A stretch of 40,871 bases of DNA from a virus. The translations under genes were made by a program, and so were the position numbers. Below the pieces are notes generated by a model that worked only from the letters and a program-made list of their open reading frames with translations, was not told the DNA's origin and searched no databases. Positions 1-8,433 of the stretch are shown one piece after another. Position 1 is the first letter of the stretch; each line of letters opens with the position of its first letter. The DNA lies in UHGV virus genome UHGV-1368307; one strand, 5' to 3'.

Positions 1-3000
1 AAGCGGCATAATGGCTTCCGGACCAGCCTCGGCAAAAACCCCTGCGCCTTTGGCAAAAGCAAACAGCTGAGGCGTCTGAAAAACGCCATTGCTGTAAGCG
101 CTCAGGGACGGAGAGTCGTAAACATTACCCTTCGCATTAAATGTGAAGTTCGCGCCAGCATTCTGAATAGCGGTACCGCTGCTGGCGGTTGCGGCTGACG
201 AGGCACCAAAACTGAACAGTGATCCAATTGAGCTGACGCCATTAGCAACAGCCATGTTCACCAGAACGTTCTGGATAATCTTCAGTACGCTCACGCCCCA
301 GTCCTTCCAGCTGTCAACGTTGCCATTGAGCATGTCGGTGATCGTGGTGACCGCGCCACCCATGGCCTGCTTCATGCCGTCAGCGGCCATGGAAGAATAA
401 TCAGTGGCTTCGTCCACCCAGTTCGCATAACCCTCAGACAGTCCCGTCATCCAGTCGTCACGCTGAGCATCAGAAGCTGCGTAATATCCCTCCTGGTCGC
501 GCAGGCGCTCTTCGAGGTAGCGCTTATTAAGTGCCAGCCCCTGCTGATAGAACGTCTCGTCGATTTCACCAGCCTGACGCTGGCGGAGAAGATCGGTATT
601 CTTCTGCTCAAACTCCTTACGCAGATTGAACTGCTCCTGAAGTCTTTCACGGAACCTGGTTCCCTGCCCATAGCCCAGCAGTTGCGCTTCATTGGCTGCG
701 CGGGCGCTGACGTTACTGTCAGCAAGGTTGGCTTCGTAATTTCGCAGTTGCTCACGCAATTTAACCTGGTCAATGAGCGCAGCATTCTGCAATACCGTCT
801 TTTTCTGGGCTTCTGTCAGAGAAGCAAGCTCGCCCTGGCTGACCTGGTATTTAACCTTCGCCAGTTCAGTATTCTGGCCTTGCAGGGCAATCTGCTCTTT
901 TTGCTGCTTGATAAGGCGCTTATACACATCCTCGGTTTTCTCGCCTTCGGTTTTACCACCCTTCGCCTTAGGTTTGTTGGCCTCATTATTCCGCCATTCA
1001 GCAAGACCGTTATTAATCAACTCCTGACGGCCTGTCTGGAATTGCGGATCACTGGTTAACCCCAGGTCATCGGCTGCATAACTCAGACGCAGGCGCTCTT
1101 TGGCCTCACCCTTCAGGCGTGACAATTCCAGATCCCGGCGACTCTTTTCGAGAGCATCAGTTTGCTTTTTGTCGAGGTCGGCCTGAGGGAGTCTGAGCGG
1201 GACGTTAGCCAGTCCCTGACGTGCCATTAGGAGTTTATTACCGAGACCAAGTAACCGGTTAAATTCGTCATGCTGGCCATTCATCAATAGGAGAGATTGA
1301 TAAGCCCGGTTCTGATTGGCGGCCTCCTCCCGAATCAATGTCACCCGCCGATGTTCAAGCCCTTCAAGAACCTGTTGAATAGAAGCAGATTTTTCCTGCA
1401 TCTGAGCAAGTCTTTCTTGCTCAACAGATAACTGCTCTGTAGCCGTAGCCAGCCCACGAGTTACAGTGTCCAAAGATGTCAGGTGGTTAATCATGAAACC
1501 ACCGCTGGTCGTTGGGCCGGGGTTGCTGATCACTGACTGATAACCAGCTATCTGTTCTTTCAGGCTTTCAATCTTGCTTTTTTGTTCATCGATCAGCCTA
1601 TTCTGCTCATTCAATGCTGCGCGCGTTTTCTCGGCATTGTCTGAAGCTTCAGGTAGAGACATTGCCCTCGACTTTTTACTGACTTCATCTATTGTGCTGG
1701 CGTATTCCAGAGCAGAGCGACGGGCCTGCTCCTGATTTTGATACACCGCATACCATGCGCCAGCACCCAACATTACCAAACCAGGAATTCCGCCGATGAG
1801 ACCAAGGGCACCACTCATGAGCCGAGTGCCGACGGATGTCACGCTATTGAGATTGCTTTGAGCCGAAACACGGTTTGCAAGGTTCCGGTTTAAGGAAGCC
1901 TGGGTCGCGGACAGACGCCTTTCTGCAGCAGCTTGAGCGTCAGAATTTTTTGCAGCCACCAGCCCTGCCTGTGCACGCTCAAGTGCAGTTCTGGCCCTGA
2001 CTTTCTCTGTAGCAGAACCGCTGGCTAGAGCGGTAGTCAGCCTGGCCTGGGCTGCAGTGACTTTTGCTTCTGCCGCAGCAATTTTCTCTTGCTGCGCAGC
2101 CTGAACATCTGCGCTACGCGATCTCTGTACAGCTTGCTGAGCCCTATAAACCTCCGCCCTTGAGGCGGCAACGGCAGACTGTGCAGCCTTATCCTGTGCA
2201 ACGGCAAGAGCAACCTCTGACTTAGCCGCAGAAATTAGCGCGCCGGTTGCGCTCGTGGCGCTTGTTACTACTCCACTGAGATACCTTGCCAGCCCAACGC
2301 CAACAAGTGCACCCGCCACTGTTGTGATCGTGGACATATTGTCTGCAACATCACTTAGTGCGCCACTTACTGCCGAAGAGGTAAATGAATCAAGCGTTTG
2401 GGCAACTCCGTCTAGGCCACCAGATAGCGCATCGGTAGCACCTGTAGCCTGGTTGACACCTCCAACCCATGCCATGAACGAGTTTGTGACTTTTTGCAGG
2501 GATCCGGAAACTGTTTGCGGCATGCTGGCAAACTCACCCTGTAATGAGCCCAACTGGCTCATTAATGCAGGAACAACCTTATCAATCGTAAGTTGCCCCT
2601 GGTCAGCCATGCTCTTCAGGTCTTTGCGGGCCACGCCCATTCCGGCGGCAAGTGCGCGGATAACACGATCACCTGCTTCGTTAACGGCGTTGAATTCTTC
2701 ACCGCGAAGAACGCCCTGCGCCAGAGCCTGGCTGAATTGAGTGATAACAGAACTCGCTTCCTGAGTATTAGCCCCCGAAAGTTTAAGGCCGGTAGAAACA
2801 GCTTCGGTAATTTTCAGAACTTCGTCAGAGCTATACCCAAACTCACGCATTGAAGCAGCTGCGCGTGAAAAAAGGTTTGCGTTGTCTGAAAACGCGGTGC
2901 CAGTTCTTTGGCTGATTTCCATTAACTGGCGCTGAGAGGCAGCAAAATCATCAGCTGAAGATGATGCCTGCTTAAGACGGGCGTTTACTGAATTCCACTC

Positions 3001-3255
3001 ATCAGCAATCTGCACGAGCTTACCAGTCGCAAAAGCGGCCGTAGCAGCAGCAGCGGCTCTTCCTGCCGATGCAAACCCAGCGGTCAGATCAGATAACGCC
3101 CTTTCGCTCTCTCGGGCGGCAGCGGCAGCCTGCCGACCGCCATTTTGCATGGTTCGGTAATAATCCTGCCCCATGCGTGAGGCGCGGGAAATTTCCGACT
3201 GGAATGACTGCGAGTTAGCGGAAATTTTGATTATTAACTCACGTAATGTTGCCAT
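1..3255 (-). CDS. H: Tail tape measure protein, N-terminal 1085 codons. ATG at 3255..3253 preceded by GGAG. The frame stays open to position 1 and continues across the window junction.
   Basis: More than 3.2 kb continuously open on the minus strand. Ala/Gln/Leu-rich coiled-coil periodicity. Sits between the G/T chaperone genes and M as in lambda. The wrap-around length of 3492 nt is divisible by 3. Confidence 0.7.
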   Translation of the reverse strand, partial: MATLRELIIKISANSQSFQSEISRASRMGQDYYRTMQNGGRQAAAAARESERALSDLTAGFASAGRAAAAATAAFATGKLVQIADEWNSVNARLKQASSSADDFAASQRQLMEISQRTGTAFSDNANLFSRAAASMREFGYSSDEVLKITEAVSTGLKLSGANTQEASSVITQFSQALAQGVLRGEEFNAVNEAGDRVIRALAAGMGVARKDLKSMADQGQLTIDKVVPALMSQLGSLQGEFASMPQTVSGSLQKVTNSFMAWVGGVNQATGATDALSGGLDGVAQTLDSFTSSAVSGALSDVADNMSTITTVAGALVGVGLARYLSGVVTSATSATGALISAAKSEVALAVAQDKAAQSAVAASRAEVYRAQQAVQRSRSADVQAAQQEKIAAAEAKVTAAQARLTTALASGSATEKVRARTALERAQAGLVAAKNSDAQAAAERRLSATQASLNRNLANRVSAQSNLNSVTSVGTRLMSGALGLIGGIPGLVMLGAGAWYAVYQNQEQARRSALEYASTIDEVSKKSRAMSLPEASDNAEKTRAALNEQNRLIDEQKSKIESLKEQIAGYQSVISNPGPTTSGGFMINHLTSLDTVTRGLATATEQLSVEQERLAQMQEKSASIQQVLEGLEHRRVTLIREEAANQNRAYQSLLLMNGQHDEFNRLLGLGNKLLMARQGLANVPLRLPQADLDKKQTDALEKSRRDLELSRLKGEAKERLRLSYAADDLGLTSDPQFQTGRQELINNGLAEWRNNEANKPKAKGGKTEGEKTEDVYKRLIKQQKEQIALQGQNTELAKVKYQVSQGELASLTEAQKKTVLQNAALIDQVKLREQLRNYEANLADSNVSARAANEAQLLGYGQGTRFRERLQEQFNLRKEFEQKNTDLLRQRQAGEIDETFYQQGLALNKRYLEERLRDQEGYYAASDAQRDDWMTGLSEGYANWVDEATDYSSMAADGMKQAMGGAVTTITDMLNGNVDSWKDWGVSVLKIIQNVLVNMAVANGVSSIGSLFSFGASSAATASSGTAIQNAGANFTFNAKGNVYDSPSLSAYSNGVFQTPQLFAFAKGAGVFAEAGPEAIMPL

Positions 3256-3271
3256 CAATTTTCTCCAGGCG

Positions 3272-3296
3272 AAAAAAAAAGCCCATCAACGGGCTT
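3272..3296 (-). terminator. Rho-independent terminator downstream of the secreted moron. It is usable in both directions.
   Basis: Hairpin agccc-atcaac-gggct is flanked by an A9 run on one side and T5 on the other. It lies between the moron stop (3315) and the H start (3255). Confidence 0.55.
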
Positions 3297-3314
3297 TTTG
3301 TTGTGATATAAACC

Positions 3315-3608
3315 TCATGGCTTGTCTAAAAATTCTCTCAGAGCTTCCGATTTATTGCATGAATCTTTATTAATCGTCATCCCTGCCTCTTTTTGCTTTT
3401 GACAGAAATAGTAGTAATCATCGTTTGTTTTTATATAGCCCATGAATTTAAAAAAAGCCTTTTTACACAATTCAGGATTTGCATGATCAGAGCAAATCGT
3501 AGACGTATAGCTTTGCAACTCATTTGGTTCTAATGGAGCCAGTGTTTGAGTTGCATTTGAAACACAACTGAAACCAAAAAATAATACAAATAAGACTAGT
3601 TTTTTCAT
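3315..3608 (-). CDS. Small secreted Cys-containing protein of 97 aa, a moron inserted between T and H. The real start is the internal ATG at 3608. The track ORF extends to 3665.
   Basis: MKKLVLFVLFFGFSCVSNA signal peptide with an AxA-like cleavage site. Four Cys in the mature part. GGTGAAGG RBS. The gene and its upstream sequence are AT-rich. Candidate promoter TGACAA-16-TAGGAT upstream and a terminator downstream. Confidence 0.5.
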   Translation of the reverse strand: MKKLVLFVLFFGFSCVSNATQTLAPLEPNELQSYTSTICSDHANPELCKKAFFKFMGYIKTNDDYYYFCQKQKEAGMTINKDSCNKSEALREFLDKP

Positions 3609-3661
3609 TGCCTTCACCAAATCATTAAAAAAAATAATCCTATTATTTTGTAGTTCATTTG

Positions 3662-3940
3662 TCACTGAGTTGCAGCTGTAAGTGCAGCCTCAAGTCCTGC
3701 AAACGGGTCCTTCGGTTCTGATTGCTCATCACCACCCCAGCGCAGGATCGCATCGTCCAGCGGTACTTTTGCCCCCTGCGAGCCGTAGATGGCAGAGACG
3801 AGCTGGGCGGCCTGAATGTCACCACGAATATCGCCAACCGGACTTTGCCTGTCGTACTCAATCCACATCAGAAGCTCGCTTGCCGTCATATTCTGCCGAA
3901 GCTCTGAGAGCGTGCGCCCCATCCGGAGCGCAAGCGACAT
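3662..3940 (-). CDS. T: Tail assembly chaperone T segment, expressed as a G-T fusion by -1 frameshift.
   Basis: Lies in the -1 frame relative to G and overlaps the G 3-prime end. Sequence LRMGRTLSELRQNMTASELLMWIEYDR resembles lambda gpT. Confidence 0.65.
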   Translation of the reverse strand: MSLALRMGRTLSELRQNMTASELLMWIEYDRQSPVGDIRGDIQAAQLVSAIYGSQGAKVPLDDAILRWGGDEQSEPKDPFAGLEAALTAATQ

Positions 3941-3948
3941 CAGAAACT

Positions 3949-4332
3949 TTACGCCGGGGGTTGAGACTTTTCCCGCGCTTCGTCCGCGTTGTTGATCAGG
4001 TCAAGCGCCTGTTTTAGCAGGCGTGAATGGACGGGGCCGTAGATTTCACGCACCTGCTCTTCTTCATCTACGCTGAATACCGGTTGCTTATCGGTGTCAC
4101 ACAGAACGTCAATGAAGAGCACAACGTCAGCGCAAAGATTACGGTGTGCCTTTTCCGATACTGACACATTTTCATCATCAGCACCCGCTTTCACCACTTC
4201 CTGCCAGCGCAGCCAGGCTTCACCTGACGGCTCACGGAGAACCACTTTGACGCCTTCCCACTCAGGAACGGCGACCGTCTTATGACGAAATCCCGACATC
4301 TTAGCCAGGGCGAGATTTTTAATATTCTTCAT
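3949..4332 (-). CDS. G: Tail assembly chaperone G.
   Basis: 127 aa, acidic, directly upstream of T and of the tape measure. A GGGAAAAG slippery motif sits 6 codons before its stop. GAGAGG RBS. Confidence 0.7.
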   Translation of the reverse strand: MKNIKNLALAKMSGFRHKTVAVPEWEGVKVVLREPSGEAWLRWQEVVKAGADDENVSVSEKAHRNLCADVVLFIDVLCDTDKQPVFSVDEEEQVREIYGPVHSRLLKQALDLINNADEAREKSQPPA

Positions 4333-4340
4333 GAGACCTC

Positions 4341-4784
4341 TCAGGAGCCAGACTCGATGTTTTCAGGCTTACCTTTCAGGCGCAGGGAGAACGTTGCCGC
4401 CACTACGCCGTTGGTACCGGAAGACCAGGTGTGCTGGCGGATTTCAGCCAGGAACTTAAAGCCCTTGCCGGACGGGAAGATAACCTGGAAAGCGTAGGTC
4501 GTATCGTTGTCATACGCTTCACGCAAGGCGTCCTGCGCCGGATTCTTGTAGAAGTTACCGGATAGAGAGATTTCTGACGGAGAAGGCAGGCCGTTGATGT
4601 TCTCCTGCTCGGTAGAGCAAAGCGTTGTTACGTCGATATCCTGCTTCTGGCCACCAGTGAACTGAATTTCTTTGATGGTGCAACTCAGATCGAGAAAGGT
4701 TGCGGAATCCATCGTTTCTTTGGTGGCTGGCAGGGAGGAAATAAGGATCTTCGTCAGCTGCGATTTTTCATAAAGTGCAGACAT
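4341..4784 (-). CDS. Major tail tube protein, V-position, short form.
   Basis: 147 aa. Sits between the U-like gene and G. Strong RBS AGGAGA. Assigned by position in the tail module. Confidence 0.55.
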   Translation of the reverse strand: MSALYEKSQLTKILISSLPATKETMDSATFLDLSCTIKEIQFTGGQKQDIDVTTLCSTEQENINGLPSPSEISLSGNFYKNPAQDALREAYDNDTTYAFQVIFPSGKGFKFLAEIRQHTWSSGTNGVVAATFSLRLKGKPENIESGS

Positions 4785-4798
4785 AGCTGTCTCCTGGA

Positions 4799-4826
4799 AA
4801 AAGAAAACCCGCCATCAGGCGGGTTC
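4799..4826 (-). terminator. Intrinsic terminator-like hairpin between the U-like gene and the major tail gene.
   Basis: aacccgcc-atcag-gcgggtt, followed on the minus strand by TTTTCTT. Confidence 0.45.
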
Positions 4827-4843
4827 GTTGGGTGAATTAATTG

Positions 4844-5191
4844 TCAGGGGGTAACTTTAAAATCCAGGGTGGCACGGTAGAGCCGATAATCTGACTCGTA
4901 CCCGGGGATTTTTACCACCTCTGTAGGGTTTAACGGCTTAAGCGAAGCGAGCGCCAAATCTCTCAGGGAGCGTGATTCAGCGATCGAAGTGGAATACACA
5001 TCGACCTGAACGGAAACCCTGCTCTCTGCCTGGCCACACAGCACGTCAACGGAAACATCATCGACGATGGAAAAGATAATCCAGGGTGGAGAGACAGACG
5101 GTTTCCCGTCACTACCTAATGGCGCAACATAGGGATATACCCGTCCTTCTGCCAGGGGAGAGAGCAAGGCGTAGATATTATCTTCATTCAC
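4844..5191 (-). CDS. Tail terminator / tail completion protein (U-like). GTG start overlaps the upstream stop.
   Basis: 115 aa. Positioned between the gp10-like gene and the major tail protein. Confidence 0.45.
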   Translation of the reverse strand: MNEDNIYALLSPLAEGRVYPYVAPLGSDGKPSVSPPWIIFSIVDDVSVDVLCGQAESRVSVQVDVYSTSIAESRSLRDLALASLKPLNPTEVVKIPGYESDYRLYRATLDFKVTP

Positions 5192-5637
5192 TTGCTCAAT
5201 ACCTCATCAATAGCCTGGTTCATCCTGGCAATGGCGACGCTGGCGGCCTCTTCCTCGCGCGTATCGTAAGCGGGTCGCACAAACGGATGCGCAGGCATGT
5301 TCGCGGTACCCAGTTCAACGAATCGCCAGTAAAAGGCGTTTCTCGGGTTATTCGCCTTCATCGTGTTATCGCTGTTGCCGGTGCGCGGGTTAACGCCACG
5401 AATATGGACGCCGGAAGAAATTTCCCCGCGGCGGCGGCTTTTTTGGGTCACCACCACCACGTTTTTTTTCAGTTTTCCGGTGCGTACTGGTGCGCGTGCG
5501 ATTACTTCTTCCTTAAGCACTTCGGCACCGGCGCGCGTAGCATCACGCAGGACCTTGTTGTTTTCAGCGCGGCTAAGCGCCTCCAGGTCCTTTGCGATAT
5601 CATTTAACCCAGAAAAATCGAGGCTCGTGTCTATCAT
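5188..5637 (-). CDS. HK97 gp10-family head-tail joining (neck) protein.
   Basis: 149 aa with the NAFYWRFVELGTANMPAHPF segment typical of the gp10 family. Confidence 0.6.
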   Translation of the reverse strand: MIDTSLDFSGLNDIAKDLEALSRAENNKVLRDATRAGAEVLKEEVIARAPVRTGKLKKNVVVVTQKSRRRGEISSGVHIRGVNPRTGNSDNTMKANNPRNAFYWRFVELGTANMPAHPFVRPAYDTREEEAASVAIARMNQAIDEVLSK

Positions 5638-5972
5638 TTTTCGATCCCCTGCTTACAAAGAATTTCGAGCTGAATGCCGCGAGAATCAGGTATCGGCGGA
5701 CCAATGATATTTAAAGTGGCCCCCTTGAGCGGGCCAGTCATAACCCTGAGTCTGGACGCAGCAGTTATATCGCTACGAAATCGAGTCCATACCCTGATAG
5801 TGGCTACGGCCGTTTCTGCACCTGCCGCTACAAGCTCACGCCCGCTGATACCTTTAACTTCTGCCCATGTAGTCGCGCCGTCATGCCACGTTTCAACAGG
5901 CTGACCAGAAGGGTCTCTGGATGTTGTGATGTTCTGAATTACCACCCTGTCTCTCAGTCTTCCGGCCTGCAT
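5634..5972 (-). CDS. Head-tail adaptor (Phage_H_T_join-like).
   Basis: 112 aa beginning MQAGRLRDRVVIQ. GGAGGG RBS. Overlaps the downstream gene start. Confidence 0.65.
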   Translation of the reverse strand: MQAGRLRDRVVIQNITTSRDPSGQPVETWHDGATTWAEVKGISGRELVAAGAETAVATIRVWTRFRSDITAASRLRVMTGPLKGATLNIIGPPIPDSRGIQLEILCKQGIEK

Positions 5973-5980
5973 AAACCCTC

Positions 5981-6307
5981 CTACACCCCGTAAATTCGGT
6001 ATGGCTGAAGCAAGGCTTCAACTGCAAGCGGGACCTCTGCAACGGTTTGCCCGATGGACACGGATTCCCGGTTTGCATACCAGTGACCGATAAGCAGTAG
6101 CATGGCTGCCTTCACATCATCATTGAGCAGGATCGGGTCCGGGTCGTCAGCGTAGCCAGGGCTGCTTTCCTTTTCATAGAGCGTTCGGCGTGTCCATGTC
6201 TGGACGTACCGGGCCGCCGCACCTGTGTAAATCTCCAGCAGAGCATCATCACCCGTAAAGTCGGTATCAATGCGGCAATGCTGTTTCACCACATTCTGAT
6301 CAAGCAT
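5981..6307 (-). CDS. gp6-like head-tail connector / DNA packaging protein.
   Basis: 108 aa beginning LDQNVVKQHCRIDTD and ending AVEALLQPYR. Immediately follows the capsid gene. Confidence 0.65.
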   Translation of the reverse strand: MLDQNVVKQHCRIDTDFTGDDALLEIYTGAAARYVQTWTRRTLYEKESSPGYADDPDPILLNDDVKAAMLLLIGHWYANRESVSIGQTVAEVPLAVEALLQPYRIYGV

Positions 6308-6350
6308 TTGTTTGCCCCGAAAAAAAGCGGCCCGAAGGCCGCAATAGTTA

Positions 6351-7562
6351 TCAGCTACCCGCGCCGGTGCTGAATGAACCGTAAACGAACGCCTCAGGGC
6401 GTTTCACAGCCAGCGCCAGACGTTCTTCGCAGCGAATGGAGATCATGTTTTTCTCGAAGTCGTCGGCGTTTTCGGTGGAGATAACCACGTTGGCATCTTC
6501 ACGATCGAACAGTTGGGCTGCGGCATTGAATGCGCCTGTCAGGAATTTGCCCTGGAAAGCTGCTGCCTCAGTTGCTACCACCGGAAGCCCCCAAAGCGTA
6601 GGGCCAGTCAGAGATGCCGGGTTAGCCAGGATATAGCGGCCCAGACTGTCTTTCGTGAGCTCAATTTTCGCCCAGTCGATGAAGTGCAGAACGTGGCCAG
6701 ATGCAGGGAAACGAGCCAGTTGAGCCTGAAGCATTGCCAGGCGCAGATCATCAATCCCGTTCTGGCTCTCAACAGAAAATGCCGGGTCGAATGCTGAGGC
6801 CTGAGGAACGATGCCGTGCAGGTGCACACCAGTTCCGTCGCCGAACAAGATTTCCTGTTCCTCAACATATTTCAGGCCGTAACGCATCTCAGCGTCAACC
6901 GTAGACTGGAGTTGAGCGAAATCGTCAAGGATCTGCTTGGATGCCTTAAACATGTGCGCGATGGTTGTCACCGGCGTGATTTTAGTTGCGAATTCAATAT
7001 CGCTGTAAGGTTTGGCAGTCCCCTCTGCAACGACTTTCGCTGCATTGGTAAAGCCCGTTTGCTGCACCCAGAAAATAGCCGGTGAAGATGTGCGGCCAGG
7101 CGCAATCAGATCACGAATGAAGAGACGCTGTTTTGGTGCAGTGTCGATGCCAGGCAGTCGCTGTGGTTCAACCACGCCATCTGCAACATCTGTAGAAAGC
7201 AAGGCCGCGTGAACTGGGACGCTTACGCGCTTATTGCCTTCAACGCTCGCGGCAAAGGCCTTCAGCGCCTCGCTATTAATCACCACCTGTCCAACAGTTT
7301 CGGTAACTTTAGCAGCGTTGTTCAATGGCATTTGGGCAACATGCTGTTCCAGCTCACCAAGGCTGGCCTTAAGGGTTTTTTCAGCTTCCTTAAGAGCGTT
7401 GAGCTCTGTCGCCATTTTATCTACAACATCTTTGGTCTGAGCTGAGAGCTGACCATTCTTTTTCGATTCGGTCAGTGCCTCTTCTGCTTTCGCGTTGAAT
7501 TTGCTGGTTGCATCTTCAATGCTGGCAGTGACTTTTTTCAGAATTTCGTTTACTTCAGACAT
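6351..7562 (-). CDS. Major capsid protein, HK97 fold, with an N-terminal coiled-coil delta (scaffold) domain.
   Basis: 403 aa. About 100 aa of N-terminal coiled coil, then HK97-type core motifs. No separate scaffold gene is present. Confidence 0.85.
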   Translation of the reverse strand: MSEVNEILKKVTASIEDATSKFNAKAEEALTESKKNGQLSAQTKDVVDKMATELNALKEAEKTLKASLGELEQHVAQMPLNNAAKVTETVGQVVINSEALKAFAASVEGNKRVSVPVHAALLSTDVADGVVEPQRLPGIDTAPKQRLFIRDLIAPGRTSSPAIFWVQQTGFTNAAKVVAEGTAKPYSDIEFATKITPVTTIAHMFKASKQILDDFAQLQSTVDAEMRYGLKYVEEQEILFGDGTGVHLHGIVPQASAFDPAFSVESQNGIDDLRLAMLQAQLARFPASGHVLHFIDWAKIELTKDSLGRYILANPASLTGPTLWGLPVVATEAAAFQGKFLTGAFNAAAQLFDREDANVVISTENADDFEKNMISIRCEERLALAVKRPEAFVYGSFSTGAGS

Positions 7563-7571
7563 AAATGGTCC

Positions 7572-8420
7572 TTATTTGACTAACGCCGCAAGAGCGTTTT
7601 CAAGTGAATTGAGGGTTTCAGGTTTGATATCTTCGGCAGCGCCCGGCGTACCGTCGTTGGTGGTGACAGCGCCAGGCATGCCACCGGATAAGGCTTTAAT
7701 GAGTTTTCTGCGCTCAGAGCGCGGGGTGTTGGTTTTAGCCAGCAGCGCATCAAGTTTTCGAAGCGCGGCCGCGGGTGATTCATCGCTATCACTGACCGCA
7801 TCAGCAGAAAGAAGGCTGTCTGCCAGTCCCTTCGCCACAGCGTCACTGCCACCGATATAACTCTCGGCATCCATCAGTTTCTGAACAGCTGCCATATCAA
7901 GGCCGGAACGCGCCGCGTAGATGTCTGCCATAGCGTTATCGAATGGCTCCAGAGACTGTGCCAGTTCCGCAAAGTCATGGCGGTTACCCATCGCGTAGAC
8001 CCAGCAGTTGTGGATCATCAGAAATGCACCACGACCGATCTGAATATCATCCCCGGCCATCGCAATGACTGAGGCGGCACTGGCGGCAATTCCGAGCACC
8101 TTCACCGTCACACGGCCTTCGTATTCACGCAGAAGGTTGTAGATTGCCAGGCCTTCGAACATGTCACCGCCAGGGGAGTTGATATTGACCGTGACGTCGG
8201 CGCCATTCATCGCCCGTAGCGCACCGGCGATACGTTTGGCTGTTACGCCTTCACCCCAGTAGTCCTGTCCGATCACATCAAAAACAGAAATACTGTTGTC
8301 GTCGGTGGCCGCAGCTTTGATCCCGCCATCCCAGCGATCCAGGGCGGAGGGTAAAGTTTCACAGGTGACCCGCGCGCAGGGGCGACCCGCCGGTGCTGCC
8401 GGAAGTTGTTTTTTGCTCAT
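7572..8420 (-). CDS. Prohead maturation protease, ClpP-like (S14), with a C-terminal extension.
   Basis: NSPGGD catalytic Ser region and MIHN His region. Sits between portal and capsid. Confidence 0.8.
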   Translation of the reverse strand: MSKKQLPAAPAGRPCARVTCETLPSALDRWDGGIKAAATDDNSISVFDVIGQDYWGEGVTAKRIAGALRAMNGADVTVNINSPGGDMFEGLAIYNLLREYEGRVTVKVLGIAASAASVIAMAGDDIQIGRGAFLMIHNCWVYAMGNRHDFAELAQSLEPFDNAMADIYAARSGLDMAAVQKLMDAESYIGGSDAVAKGLADSLLSADAVSDSDESPAAALRKLDALLAKTNTPRSERRKLIKALSGGMPGAVTTNDGTPGAAEDIKPETLNSLENALAALVK

Positions 8421-8433
8421 CAGGAAAGTGCTC

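Noticed and set aside
682-2853. Plus-strand ORFs 682..1059, 773..1027, 2255..2740, 2593..2853 and minus-strand ORFs 447..785, 816..1004.
   Set aside because: They lie inside, antisense to or out of frame with the continuous tape-measure reading frame. Their composition reflects the Ala-rich coding strand.
3609-3665. N-terminal extensions of track ORFs (3315..3665, 19039..19479, 17865..18302, 24555..24875, 24877..25122, 39539..40381, 34382..38221, 26036..26308, 28716..29369).
   Set aside because: Internal ATG/GTG codons with proper Shine-Dalgarno spacing and operon coupling give better starts. Extensions cross into upstream genes or regulatory sites.
5086-5607. 173-aa plus-strand ORF.
   Set aside because: Antisense to the gp10-like and U-like genes.
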